Origin: Camelus ferus
Lineage: Eukaryota
Assembly (NCBI RefSeq): GCF_009834535.1
Contig: NC_045698.1
Span: 11,906,001 to 11,970,000 of the forward strand
Direction: 5' to 3'
DNA: 64,000 nt
Part shown: piece after piece, positions 15,405 through 28,282 of the stretch
Numbering within the stretch: position 1 is the stretch's first letter
How the letters are laid out: every line of letters starts with the position of its first letter
Notes under the pieces: model-generated
What the model saw: only the letters and a program-made list of their open reading frames with translations
Databases searched by the model: none
What the model was told of the DNA's origin: nothing
Position numbers and translations under genes: made by a program

Positions 15405-16389
15405 AGATCTGCTAGTGGTCCCGTCATCGCCCTAGGTCTCCTGACTTCCCCTCTGCCAAGATGACTTTCCATGAGCAATAAAGATCCTTATGTGGCTGAC
15501 TGCTAGCTGCTGTCCATCAGGCGCAGACATTATTTTTAATCCCTATGCTCTGGAAGAAAGTAGTTCCAAATTCCATGGCTGGAGCGATGAGGCCCCGCCC
15601 CTCTGAGCATTGCAGAGTCAGAGCAGGGTGAGCGCGCCTGGAGCCTCCGATAACTGATGGCGCCCTGCTCCCGCTCAGTTTCATTTGTGCGGCCCAAGTT
15701 AGCCCCGCCTGGGAACCTGCAGGCGGATGGGGTCCTGACAGCCCATCCTGGTTCTGAGAAGCTTAAATCTGCATCTCCCGATTAACGTTCTATTTGTATG
15801 CAAATGAGTCCTGCCTTGGTGGCTTGTGGATAAATGGACACTGCATATTGGAGCTTTTCTGAATACAGAGTTGTGGGATGGAAGGACAGGAAGTGACCTT
15901 ATAGAATAAGAAGTCATGTTTCTTCATTTTAAAGACAGGAAGCTAGGGCTCAGAGTGGCCAAGTGGACCCCCCAGGGGCATGTTGCTGGTGAGCTGAGCG
16001 CAGCTGTCTGAATATGGGGACCCCCGCAGGCCATATTTCTATCTCTACCCTCGAGCCCCAGATGAGCTGGAGAAAACAATTATTTTTACAGATTAACATC
16101 CATCTATCAGTTACTCTGTGTGTCTGTGTGTGTGTGAGAGAAAGAGAGAGGTAGGGAGTGTCTCTGTGGGTTGGGCCCAGAAGTGGGAGGAGGTTATCCC
16201 CAAATCATTGGCTTCCAAACTGTGGGACTTACCTCCCTAAAGCAGAGATTGTGCCCAGTTAATAATAAGTTTAGTCCTTCAATAAATTTCTATTTTTTAA
16301 ATAAAAGGTATTTTTACTTTTTAAAATAAATGGAGATGGTTAAATTATTGCCCATTTTTATCTGATGAACAGTCTCATTCAACTCATAC

Positions 16390-16719
16390 TGTTGCATTAA
16401 TTAAACAAGGAGGCCGTTACACAGAGGGGGCTCTAATGCCATGGTTCCAATTTCCTCTGTAAGCAAATCAAAATCTAAGCCCATAAATGCCTCAAGCTGC
16501 AAAATCAAAACCTATGGGCAACCAGTCACAACCAGCCAAATAAGCTTTAAACTACAGCCGACCAATAATCTCCTCACTTTGTTTCTGCTTTTCTGTCTAA
16601 ATGTGTCTCTCTCCAGCGCCTGCCAGTGGAACCTCTTCCAGTTTGATGTTGTCTGATCCAAATAGATTTTTGCTCAAATTAACTCTTGAGATTTGTAATA
16701 TGCCTCCACTTATTTAACA
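16390..16719 (+). mobile_element. ERV1-type solo LTR (family not identified)
   Basis: TGTT..AACA termini with near-matching 4-bp flanks (ATAC/ATAT) and an LTR-like 3' end (tttgctcaaattaactc). Confidence 0.55.
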
Positions 16720-19700
16720 ATATTAAAAGTACAAATAACTATCAAGTGATTGCCCAATAAATATTTTAATGTAAAGGGAGAGGGAATCTTCCAATAAAAA
16801 AGATGGTTTTCTTATCACATTTTAAAAAATGGGGTAGGGGGACACAAGAAAACTCTGGGAGGTGTTGGCTACGTCTGTTATCTCAACCATGGTGATGGAA
16901 TCACGGGTGTTCGCAGATGTACAAACTCATCAAATTGTCCACATTAAATGTGTGCAGTTCTTTGTTTATCAGTTGTACCTCCATAAAGCTGTTTTTAAAA
17001 GGATGCGGAGAGCAATTAGAAGTCAAAAGGAAATGATGAAAGAGGGACCAAAACAGTCATTTAAAGATGAAAAGAAAGGGAGTACGAATAGAGATTGCTT
17101 AATAAAAATGTAAATCATTATCATTGACATCCAAGCAAAATAATAATAATAAAAATAATGTCGTGTTCATCAACCCCACCTACCCCAGCACGACTAGAAA
17201 ATGCCTGGGAGCAAATTCTCAGCCCCAGACAGGAGCACAGAGAGGATAAAACTTCCCCCAATTCTCCCCTATCAGAGAAAGAGTCAGACGGCATTCCTCC
17301 TACTGAAGGACAGTAACGCCACCCAGCCCCGCAGAGAAACCCTCACTGTCGGGGTGTATGTAGTTCTTCGGAGTGGTAAGTGCCTTTCTGAGGCATAGCT
17401 GGTAAATATCGGCCTATTTCTGGCAGAAACTAATTAGGGGGATGAGAATATTTATAAACGCCCGTCTTTACCTTGGCCAAGCTCAGGAGTCATCTTGGGG
17501 CCGATGGCAACACACTCAGGAGTGAAATTCTAATGCGACTCATGGCCTTTAGGTGCAAGATGGGCAGAAAGCCCCGAGAGCTGTCAGGGGGTGTAGAGGA
17601 TGTCCCAGACAATCCACGGTTGTCCACAGGGGCTTAGTAGCTGCCAGGCTGGTTCACACAGGCAACTGGCAGGACTGGGTCCCCTGTGGGCTCCCAGGCC
17701 CGGATGCTGACACACTTGGGAGCTTTCGAATTTCTCTTGTACTAGAATGAGGAGAGGCAAGTAGCTTTTGCAGAGGCAAGAGGTAAGGATGGGATGGGGA
17801 TGACCTGGAAGCCTCCTCCCACATCTGCCCATCACCCTCCCCATCCCGGCCAGACAAGATTTGAGCCCTGAGAAGGGAGTCCTAGGTCCCACATGAGGTA
17901 ACCATGTTCAAGGACGAGGGATCCTTAACTGGAAGGCCCCATTCTATTTATATACATGATCTCATTTAATGTGCAAACAATCCTTGAGGGAGGTACTATT
18001 ATTATCCATATTTTACAGATATGGAAACCCAGTCACAGAGAGGGTAAGTAGTTGCCTCAAAGACACGCAGAAAGAGGTGGAGCCAAGATTCTAACAGAGA
18101 TAAACAAACTTAACCACTGAGCCATATGGCCTCAAGGACCCAGGCAAGGATGCTTTGGGGGCCTGGCTGACATGAGACAACCTGCTCCAGTCTTCCCAGG
18201 AGCCCAGGTACCCTTGACCAGGAGGGTGGAGCTGACAGGGTCAGCCAGAAGGCGCTGCCCACCTGGACACACCTGGACTCACCCAGGGTCCAGGAGGTCC
18301 AGGGTCTGCTATGGAGATACAGGTGTTGGTGTCCAGGGGACTCGGTTCTCAGCTCTTGAAGGAAATGGTCACAAAGAAGAGAGAGAGGGACCCGTACCTC
18401 CGGCCCATACCTCATCCTACCCTATCTTTTGTGGGTTAAGGCGACTGTCCTGAGAGCCACCCCCACCACCACAGCATAACGTGGGGGAATTAAGCTGTTA
18501 CTATAAACTGAGTCAACTACAGCACCTCAGAAACATACTTGGAATAACCACCAATTTCACTGAGCCCCCAAGACTTAGAAACGCCCGCCAGGCTCACCGC
18601 TGGAGAGGGAAACACACTTGCCGGGATGGGGGCTGGGAATGTGACATGCAGGTTGCATTGACTGGTAAAAAGGAGAAGCAGCACCAGGTCGCAATTGCTT
18701 CCTGGGAGCCTGGGTCCCCCATCAGGTGTGTTGAATGTGCCTAATTGGCGCCACCAGTAGACCATGGGGTCCCTTGTGACAGAGGCAGCTGCTGGAGGCA
18801 CCAGGGGAGAGCCAGCCTCACGCTCCCTGGAGACCCAGGTGACACTGCCATCCAAATCTTGCTTCAAGGAGGAGACGCCGGCTCCCCCTCCGCAGGCTTC
18901 CTTGAGTCCACAGAGAAAACCCGAGCACTATTATTCCTCAGTCATCCTACAAGCTGTTGAGCCTTGAAAGCTCCAACAGAGGCGGCTGCTGGAGCGTGGC
19001 TGCGGGGCGGCCCACGTTTAATTGCTTCCCACGCGGATGCCGCTTTATGGGGCCTTTGCTCTGTATTTAACGCCACGGCCGGTGATGGACGTTCGCTGCT
19101 GGAAAGCGCGCCGGTCCTCTGCACACAGCTTTCTCACTGATGGGGGAAGACGTCCTCTCTCTGCTCAGTTGTATCTGGCCTTTTCCAGCCCAGCGGTAAT
19201 TAATGTTTGTTCTCATCCAATGGGCAGAGTCTAAGAAATGCAGCTCTCATTAGCTCCCTCTCAATTAAGAAAAATGCTCCTCTGCCCGCTGGACTCAGAT
19301 GCTGCTACCAGGCTGGAGCTGTTTGAATTACACAGCTGGGAGGGTGGGGAGGCCATCCTAGCCATGTCTGCTGCTCCAGGCCCGGCCCCAACAATGCCCA
19401 GACTCCTCCAGTCTCCTCCAGTTCCCCCACCCACCCACTCCACACCCAGGCTCACCGCCTAGGGAACCAGAAGGAGGATAATCACTAACATGTGCTGAGA
19501 GCTTACTATGCAGCAGGCGCTGTCCTAACAATGCACATGGACCAGCTCTTTAAGGATGAAGATGGATGAGCTTGTAAATGATGCGGGTGACTTAGCTCAG
19601 TGGGCGTGGTCCCATACCTATGACGCTGGGGCCACAAGAACTCAAGACATGAACAAGAACCCCTGTTCAAGTTCTGCTCCTGACACACATGAGCTGTGTG

Positions 19701-20504
19701 ACCCTTGAGCAAGTCACCATGAGGAGACCTACACTTTTATATTTGATCAGAGCCCAAATTTCATAATGTGAAGGTCTGGAGTTGCTGTCTCCACAGGCGA
19801 GTTCCCTTCACTGTGTTCCCTTCCTCAGGCTACACCCAGGCAGCCGACTCCCGAACGCTGGTGACTGGTGTCCAGGAGCGTGAGGAGGAGGAGAGAAGGG
19901 ATCAGCCAAAATCCAGCCCCTCCCTTGGAAATGATGCCTTTGATGTTATGTTTGTGCGTCTGTAGTTGGAGCTGAAAAGAACCAGTTGTAGGTGTGTTAA
20001 CTGGCAGGGTCTCTATGGAGGGCAACTTGCTAATTTGTCAGCAGTTCAAATGCACATCTGCTTAGACGCAGCCATTCTGCTCCTAGAGATTTACGCCAAA
20101 ACAGGGGGAGAGGTTGGATGTGTGTACCAGGATCTTTATGGCCGCGTTGTCTGCACCAGCCAAGGCCTGCAAACAATGCAGATGGGGGCTGACTAGATGA
20201 ATTATGGTACATTTGGACACTGGAATAGTACGTAACTATAAAAATAGGCAGCTTTAACTAACAAATTCAAGTGGAATAATCTCCAAGATATTTTGTTCAC
20301 TGGAAAAAAGCAAGGTGTTCTCGCCGGCATAGCGTTCAGAGTCCCTACACTCATTTGCTCACATGTGCACAGTCTTCCCACAAGGACGTGACACCGGGTG
20401 TCAGCTGCCGTCGCTGGGGAGGGGCCTGAGGGGGCTGGGGGTCAGGAGACAGGGACGCTCATTTTCACTGCATACCGTTTTGCATCTTGAATTTGTGCCA
20501 TAGG

Positions 20505-20780
20505 AGTGAAGTAGGTGGGCCTCGTGCAGTCAGTTGAAGGTCCTGAGAGAAAAAGATTGAGCTTCCCCCTACAAAGGAAGAGAGAACTCTGTCTCAGGAC
20601 TACCTTCAGGTTTGAGTTGAGACTGCAACATCAGCTCCCCTGGGTCTCAGGCTGCCGCCTGCCCTGAGGACGTCAGACTCGCTGGCCTCCACAACTGCAT
20701 GTCCCAATTCCTTAACATAATAAGAGAGAGAGACCCAGAGAGGGAAGCATGGGTTCTGTTTCTCTGGAGAACCCTGACCG
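20505..20780 (+). mobile_element. MLT2 LTR 3' fragment
   Basis: gtgggcctcgtgcagtcagttgaagg..gagactgcaacatcagctc..ggttctgtttctctggagaaccctgac. Confidence 0.8.
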
Positions 20781-21002
20781 GTGCAGTCCTGGGGACGCTC
20801 CTGTCACCACACGTCACAGCACACATCCCCCCTGGTGCTGCCAGGGCTGGTCCCTTATTTACAGGTGTGCTGTGTCCAGTGCAGCCGGCCAGGCTGTAAG
20901 GTCTCTGTGAGCAGGCGCTGTATCTCCATCTTCAGTGTGTTTCTAACTCTGAATGCAGAGAGCCTGCACCAGGAACAAGTGCTCACTCAAGGGGTGTTGC
21001 TG

Positions 21003-21309
21003 AACCAGAAACAGGCTCACGGATGCAGAAAACAAGCTGTAGTTACCAGGGGGTGAAGCAGTGGGAGGGATACATTAGGTGTTTGGGGTTAAAAGATACA
21101 CATCACTGGATATAAAATAGGTAAACAACAAGGACCTAGCACTGTACAGCACAGGGAACTATATTTCATTTCTTGTAATGAGGTGTAATGGAAAAGAATC
21201 TGAAAAAAAAATTTATGTATGTATGTGTATAACTGAATCACTTTGCTGTATGCCTGAAACTAAGATTGTAAATTGACTACACTTCAATAAAAAATAAGAT
21301 TAAAAAAAA
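21003..21309 (+). mobile_element. L1 3'UTR fragment with A-rich tail
   Basis: cagaaacaggctcac..gttaccaggggg..aaacaacaaggacct..gcacagggaactata..aactgaatcactttgctgt..aataaaaaa. Confidence 0.85.
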
Positions 21310-22069
21310 CATGTGTTGTGGAAGGAGCTAGGGCTTTTAGTGACAGTGGTCTAGATGCTAAATACTTGGGTTTGGCTCATCTACAGATCAGCTTCCAAAT
21401 CAGCTGATCGGTGGGAGGAACATAAAGGAAAAGGAAAGAGAAAAGGCAGACCTTCCCAGTTATTATCAATTACCAGACACTTTATTTTACATGTTTCTTC
21501 TTATACAGCCTTCTGAAGACCTGTCAAAGGCAGTTCACTGTTCAGAATCAATTGATCAGACCACGGTATGGTAGTCAAGTTTCCCCAATGTCAGACTTAA
21601 GCCTACACTGATTCAAAATTAAAATCAAGACTTCTCTTTTGAAATAAGATGTACTTAAATAGAAAAAAAAATAAAGAAAAATGTTACCTCTGATTATCAC
21701 CTTCCTTTAAATCCCATGTGTCTGAAGAATTTCATTGTCCATTTTAAAGGAAGAATTATGACCCTTGACTCCAAGACCAAAATATCATTCCTGAAAAGCA
21801 GATCGAATCCTGGATCAGAAACCTCTGCAGATAGATACCTTCCACTAAAGTTTTTATCATTTGCCATCATTTTAAAGGATTATAGATGAATTCATCCTTG
21901 ACAATCACTCTGAATCAATCTGAATCCCTGGGTTAATAAAGAACCAACTGGTTTAGTTTTCTGATCAATAAGACTGTTTTCAATGTGCACCAGCACCAAC
22001 AATCCTGTCCCATAGGAAAACTGATTTATAAGCATGTCAAAGGGAGATTTTATTTTGCTTCCTGTTTTT

Positions 22070-25000
22070 GCTGCCCTGCTGTCAGCTGTCGGTCCAGAAC
22101 CTAGAGGTTCTCCCCCGGGAACGAGGAGGCAGAAGAGCATGAGCCGCCAGAGGTCATCCTTGAAAGCAGGACACACTCTGCTTTGACCTGGTCCCTTGAA
22201 ATCAATACGATATAATATAGAGAAAGGAAGCAGATGGCAGAGTGTAGGCACATCAGTGTTTTTCTTTATTACAGAGTTTGCATTAAATTCTATTAAAGGA
22301 CAAGTGGATTAAATTGACCATGAAAGATACAAATAGAGTATGCGATAAATCATATCCCAAATGAATTTTCATCAACACTATGGGATTTGTGGTGTGGGCT
22401 TATTTTTTATAAATGAAGTCATCTTACTTCTTTCCCTTCCAGCTTGTGTGGAAAAGTACAGTGTGAAGCAGAAAGAAGAGAACGCACGACCTGTAGTCCC
22501 ACCGTCCAAGACACCACTATGGACATGTGAGCATATTTGATTACAATAATTTCTCCATGTGGTTTTTATATAATTGTGAATCCTACTTTTTCCACCTAAC
22601 ACTATAAGAACATAATTCTATATGTTATTGTAACTTCTTCTTCCTTACAAGAAGTCTTATCATCCTCATGATGACAGATAAAGCCCTTTCTAGGTCCCAG
22701 AGCAGGGAAGCAATAGAGCTTGCATTCTAATCCTGGCCTACCACCTCTAAAGCCACTTTGCATTCAGTCAAACCACCTTAAAGACAGTTATCCCTTTTGA
22801 CCCTGTAAATCTCCTTTTGAGAATCTATATGGAATATGAAATGTACAAGATGAGCATGGGAAATCTTAAAATGCAGAAAAGCAAGAAACTATCAAAGACT
22901 AAATAGCTCATGCCCAAAGGAAGCCAACTTGAAAGAGTTCCCGTTAGTCGGAATGGCGCAGCATGACTATCAAAAAGAATAATAATCACACTCAATGAAT
23001 ATATTCTACATATCAAGCTCATGAGTTCCAAATAATGCTTTTTTAAAAACTGACTTGTTGCCTTTTGATGTTATATGGTCACTAAGTCATTACTCTGAAA
23101 TTTGATAAATATATGGAAAGAATAAAGAATTTATCCTGCCTTTCCTACACAAATTCGATTTCGGGGAAGCCAAAAAATTGATGAGAAAAAAATTATTCTT
23201 TAGAGAAGATTAATGGCTAAGTAATGCAGAAAGAATGGCAATAAAAGACATTCTATTTTCTAATGAAACACTGGATTTAAGCAACGGTTGCCAGTGAATC
23301 CTAAAATTATAGGTGAAATATTCATAAGAAACTTAAGAGAGCATTCTGGCATCATCTGGAATGATTAGTGACATTATTAAAAGTGGGGCAACCAGACTTC
23401 AAGCTCTTGATATGATTCAACAGGAAACATACAGCATAAGAAATATCATGACCTAAAAACATTTTGGAACTTTAATCAAATCAAGCCTCAGCTCTAACTA
23501 CTAGTTTATAGGAATTACAGAGAATAGCGGAACGAGATAAAAACATCACAGGAAAACAATCACGCAATTCTAGAATATGGATACAATTCTATCAAGGATA
23601 AATAATCTGATTTCTCCAACCAATCCAGTGGTATGAGAGGGGAGGATCATGTACACTAAATTCTTTAAGAGACATGGCAACTGTGCAGTTTATAAACCTT
23701 ATTGATCCTTATTATCTCAATAGACTAAAAGAAGAATTCGAGACAACTGGGGACATTTGAATATAGATGAGGTGTTAGAATACTGAAGATACTATTGTAG
23801 TATAATAATACTCAGGTGGTTATTTTTTTTAGTCTTACCGCTTGAAGGCATATAAAATACCTTATGAGGAAAATGATGCAGTGTCTGTTATTTCTCCAAA
23901 TATTCCAAGAAAAAAATTGTGTGTGTGTGGTGTGTGTTCAGGGGAGAGGGGGAGAGCAGGGAGGAGGAGGTAGAAACATGTAAATAAATAAGACTTGCAA
24001 AAGGTAGATAATTGTTGGAGCTGAGCAATGGGTACATGAAAGTTTACTATCCTATTCTATCTTTGTGTATGCTTGGGAAATTCCGTAATAAAAAAAAAAT
24101 TTAACACTAAAGAGTTACGTTTAAGAGGACATCAAAACATATAGAAACAAAATTTCACACATGCGAAGAACTGGAAAGGCATGGAATAAATTAAAAAAAT
24201 TATCAGACAGTCCTGCTCCATATGTTCTATGTTGATTTCTTATCTATATTTGAAATAGAATCAATACAAATATTATCTGATTCATTTTTAAATTGATAAT
24301 ATAAAGAAGATTAGATTACCCTCTCTGTTCTTTTGGCATCTGCCACTACCACCAATTTAACAGAAGGACCACAAAAACCATCAACGAGAAAGAAACTCAG
24401 TGAACTAAAAAGTCTGCCATAGGCTCGGTGAAAGTCTTTCTCTTTGCAAAGAAATAATTCAGAGACAGAAAGAGAAGTTGAATTTGCAGATCAAGTGTCT
24501 GTGATCCTCTTTAAAGAGGTTAAGGTGATGATTAGATTTTTGCCCTATGATCTGATGCTGTAGATCACAAACTGACAAAATTAATTGCGAGTAGAGGGAG
24601 GAAAAAGACACTGCTAAGGGCCCTTCTCTTCCAGGGGTTCAGGCTGACGGCATTCAGCATTAAACATAAGTCCATTCACCACCTGTCCGCTTATTCTATA
24701 TAATGACACATGGATTCTAATTTTTAGGAAACTTCCTACATTAAAAAAAATTACTTGAGAAACATCCACCCCAACAATGGATTAGAACTTGATTAAAAAG
24801 TAAATAATTGAAGCGCCAGAAGCTCACAGAAGGAAAGACGCTGTGTGGAGATGCCTTCCCATCCAAACAAAGCCTCTGTGTTCAGCAAAATGTCTCTGCT
24901 GAATGAAACTACTAAATATTTTAATTTTCAATTGGTAAGGGAAATTGTTAATTCTTACTCCCTGCTCTGTTTTTAGCCCAGAATTACAACAACTGGGAAA

Positions 25001-28000
25001 AGGTGTCTGTCAGGTGCCTAAACCAGAGCCAGGTCTCAGGTTCCTGGGAAGCCGCTTCTGACACAGAAGGTCCCAGGCAGGGCATTTTGGGGAGCACTCA
25101 CAGAGACATCCCAGTGAGGGCTGAGGGGGCGGAGGTGAGCTGGGACGCGGTCACAGGAGAAGCCTCAGGGGATACCCAGGGAGGCTGGCCGTGGAAATGG
25201 CCCTTCAGAGTTTTCCTGATGGGGCCCAGGGCGCTGCCCTGGGTTCCCGCAGAGCCCCGTGTCCGGATGCCATTGCAAACCGGCTGCAGCCCTGAATGAG
25301 GCCGCTGCCTCCGGCCGAGGGCCATTCCTGAGTGGGGCTCCCTGATGAGCGCCTCGCAGAAGTCAGAGCCAGCTCTCCTGACCGCGTGGGCAGTGCAGGC
25401 TTTGGTCCTGAAGGGGAGACGCCTGGACCCGCTACGGTCACCCCTGGGGCCTTCCAAGTCCCAGGCCTTCATCCAGGAGTTTCACCCCATCTGAGCAGAG
25501 CTGCACGTGACTCTGAATGCTCTGTTTCCGGGGAAACTCACACAGGGAAGGTTACTGAGATCAGCTCCAGCCCCTGTCACCTCAGCTGGTCTCCCTGTGT
25601 CCCTCCTCTACTGGCCTCCCTAGACCCCCCGCACCCTCAGACAGCACTCCGGCTGCTCAGGGTGGCATACCTGGGCGGGGAGGGGGGTGACCCAGACTCT
25701 CATCCCCAAGGGCGCTGAGCCCTAGGTCACCTTGAGGACATGGCTGAGGTGGTAAATGGCCAAATTCAACCCACAGCTACTGCTCTTGCTCACCTCCCAT
25801 CAAAGTTCGGCAAGGGGGTACCAGGGAACAGCCTAGTGAGTCACCCGGGTGGATGGGGCTGTGGCCAGGCAGCAGCTGTAGCTTCAAGTTCAGGAATTCT
25901 TGCCGGGTCCCCTGAGAGAAGCACCCCCTCTCTGAAAAGCAGGGCCCAAGAGACCCAGTGTGCAGTGACAGGGAACACAGTTCTCCAAGCAGCTCACTGA
26001 GAGGAATGGTGAGAGGGCCGGGCCTCCTTCCAATCCTTGTTTCATGGACCAGTCGGTTACACCTGTTGGGGGCCCAGTGCTACGTAACCTGCAGAGGTGC
26101 AATGCCACCCATCCTCCCAGGGAGTCATCCCCAGGCTGTCGCCTTCGCTGTTCTCAAAAGGCTCTGTATTAGGCAGACACCTTCCGGGCGGTGTGTGGCT
26201 CGGTGTGGGTAGGACCCAGCTGCTATAGAATGGGATTCCTGGTCCACAGTCACATTACGTAGGATCCATCACCGGTTTATCAAATAAACATAAACTCACG
26301 GACGGCAGTGCTGGCTGAGTCCCCTTAGGCACGAAAGGCAAAGGCATTTCTTGACTGTGTGTCAGTTCTGGTCTCCATCCATCACTGCCACTTCCAGACT
26401 GAAAGGGACCCCAGGCAATCAAGTTGCTGACAAGTAACTGGTTGGTCTCCTCAGGGGAGGAAGCCGCACTGGGGCCTCAGCGTGGATCCGGCTGCTGGCC
26501 GGCTGGGTGTTCAGCAGGGGTGACAGATCCACGAGGTCTGCCCTCAGTTATCAGACCCCTGGCTTTAAAGGGGGCAGAGTGGAGAATTCAATGGGACTTG
26601 GGGGAATGGTCCACTACCCTTGCAGTGTTGAGTGTGTTAGGGTGGCGGATGTCTCTGTCTTTCCCCCAGACGTGACACTGATTTTTGTCTACTCTCTCAA
26701 CCATGGAGGGACAGGTTCAGGTCCTCCATGTGGCCTTCTCCTCTACAGAAGCTCACCCTAAAACCAACGAGCTAATGAGGGGGATTCTGGCAGCTACTAA
26801 GGACATCCATTTCTGGATACACTCAGAGACTGAACAGATGATCACCAGGTGGATTCACGGAGCCAAAAAACCCACCGTGAACGAGCCTGGGCCCGGATGT
26901 CTCATCACCTACCCTCCATAAGACCCCACTTTAGCAGAGAATCATGACGAAACACAAAAATCTCTGAGTGTCAGTGGAGACTGCCCTGCCCGAGAGTCCC
27001 TGAGATACCTGGGAAAGCCAGGGAAATGGCCACACGTCCCTTTGGGTGAAGACGGGAAATTATTCCCACATGCCCCCGCCTTGGTCTAACAGGATCCTTC
27101 CTCAAACCAGCCTTTCCCTCAGGCAGCAGGTTTGGGGCTGAAGGACTGGCTCAGGGCTGGAAATTGGCTGTGATTTTCTGTGGGGGGTTGGTAGCAGTAT
27201 CTTTGTTATCACCCTGCACCTGCTCTTAACCACGCCAGGTTCCAGCGCTCATGTCTGTGGCTCTCTGTGAGTGAGGGCCCCCTGCCACTCATTATAATCG
27301 CATCCTCTTTGTTTCTGATATTTAAGTTCTGCCACCCGGCCTCTACCCATCTGGGATCTTCTCATCCTCTTTGTTTTCAGGGAGCCCAGTTCTATAACAG
27401 CATATCCTGCAGTGTCAGCCCTGCCTGCAGAGCCCAGCCCTGCTGAGATGCTCTGAAAGGTGATGCCCCTCTCACCCCCTCATTCCTTACAGCTCTGGGA
27501 AATGGTGTGTCCTCTGGTGCCCCTGTGACTCACAGTGAACTGGTGGATTTCCCAGGCATACAGTGTACCCCTTCTAGCGTGCCTGCTTCTCTGAGCCTTT
27601 GATCTCTTTGTCCAGGCTTTGCCAAGGCACTGCTCACATATCTCCTCCACTGGGTGTGGTCATGGCTTTTCTAAGCTTCCAAGAGCCAACCAAGAGAGTG
27701 TTAAGTCCTATATTTTAGAAGAGTTTTTTCTTGTGAATAATCTCTCCATTATCCATCCTCCAAAATTCCATCCTCATTTATCCAGGTCCTTCAGAATTCA
27801 ATCCCACAAATACTCTTCCATTCCTGCCAGTATTTATTGGCGAAGTCCTTCATCTTCTTGGGTGTAAATTCCTTTTTCTCCCTTATCGGGACCAACACTT
27901 CTCCTGCTGGGTTTTATTATGACTTGATTTTAGCTCAGAGGTCAGCAAACCTTCCCTATAAAGTGGCAGTAATAAACATTTTAGGCTGTGTGGCAACTGT

Positions 28001-28282
28001 TCAATTCTCTCACTGGGGCATGAAAGTAGCTGCAGACAATATGGAACTGAATGTTCATAGATGTGTTTCAATAAAACTTTATTTACAGAAAGGAGACTAT
28101 AGGTTAGACTTGACCCATAGGCTGTCATTGCTGATCCCCATTCTAGTTACTGGTCTAGTGTCCTGGGATGGAGTTAAGGGTGGATCCTGAGTTGGGAGCA
28201 TCCTGTCCTATGCTGATGATGGAGAGGCTCCTGTTTCATCTTCCAGCAAGGGGGCAGCGCTAGCCTTTCATAGGAAGGAGTG
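22070..28282 (+). repeat. Left outer arm of a large inverted duplication (partner 55781-64000)
   Basis: The reverse complement matches the right end of the window. Identical ORFs appear mirrored in the ORF track (25003..25299+ = 58778..59074-; 26685..26921+ = 57156..57392-). Coordinate sum is 84077 in the core and 86070 in the outer part. Confidence 0.97.

Noticed and set aside
25003..26921. Cluster of short ORFs duplicated exactly at 57156-59074, as a possible gene pair
   Set aside because: They lie in decayed ERVL sequence, overlap on both strands and match no protein I recognise. Their identity reflects DNA homogenisation, not coding constraint.
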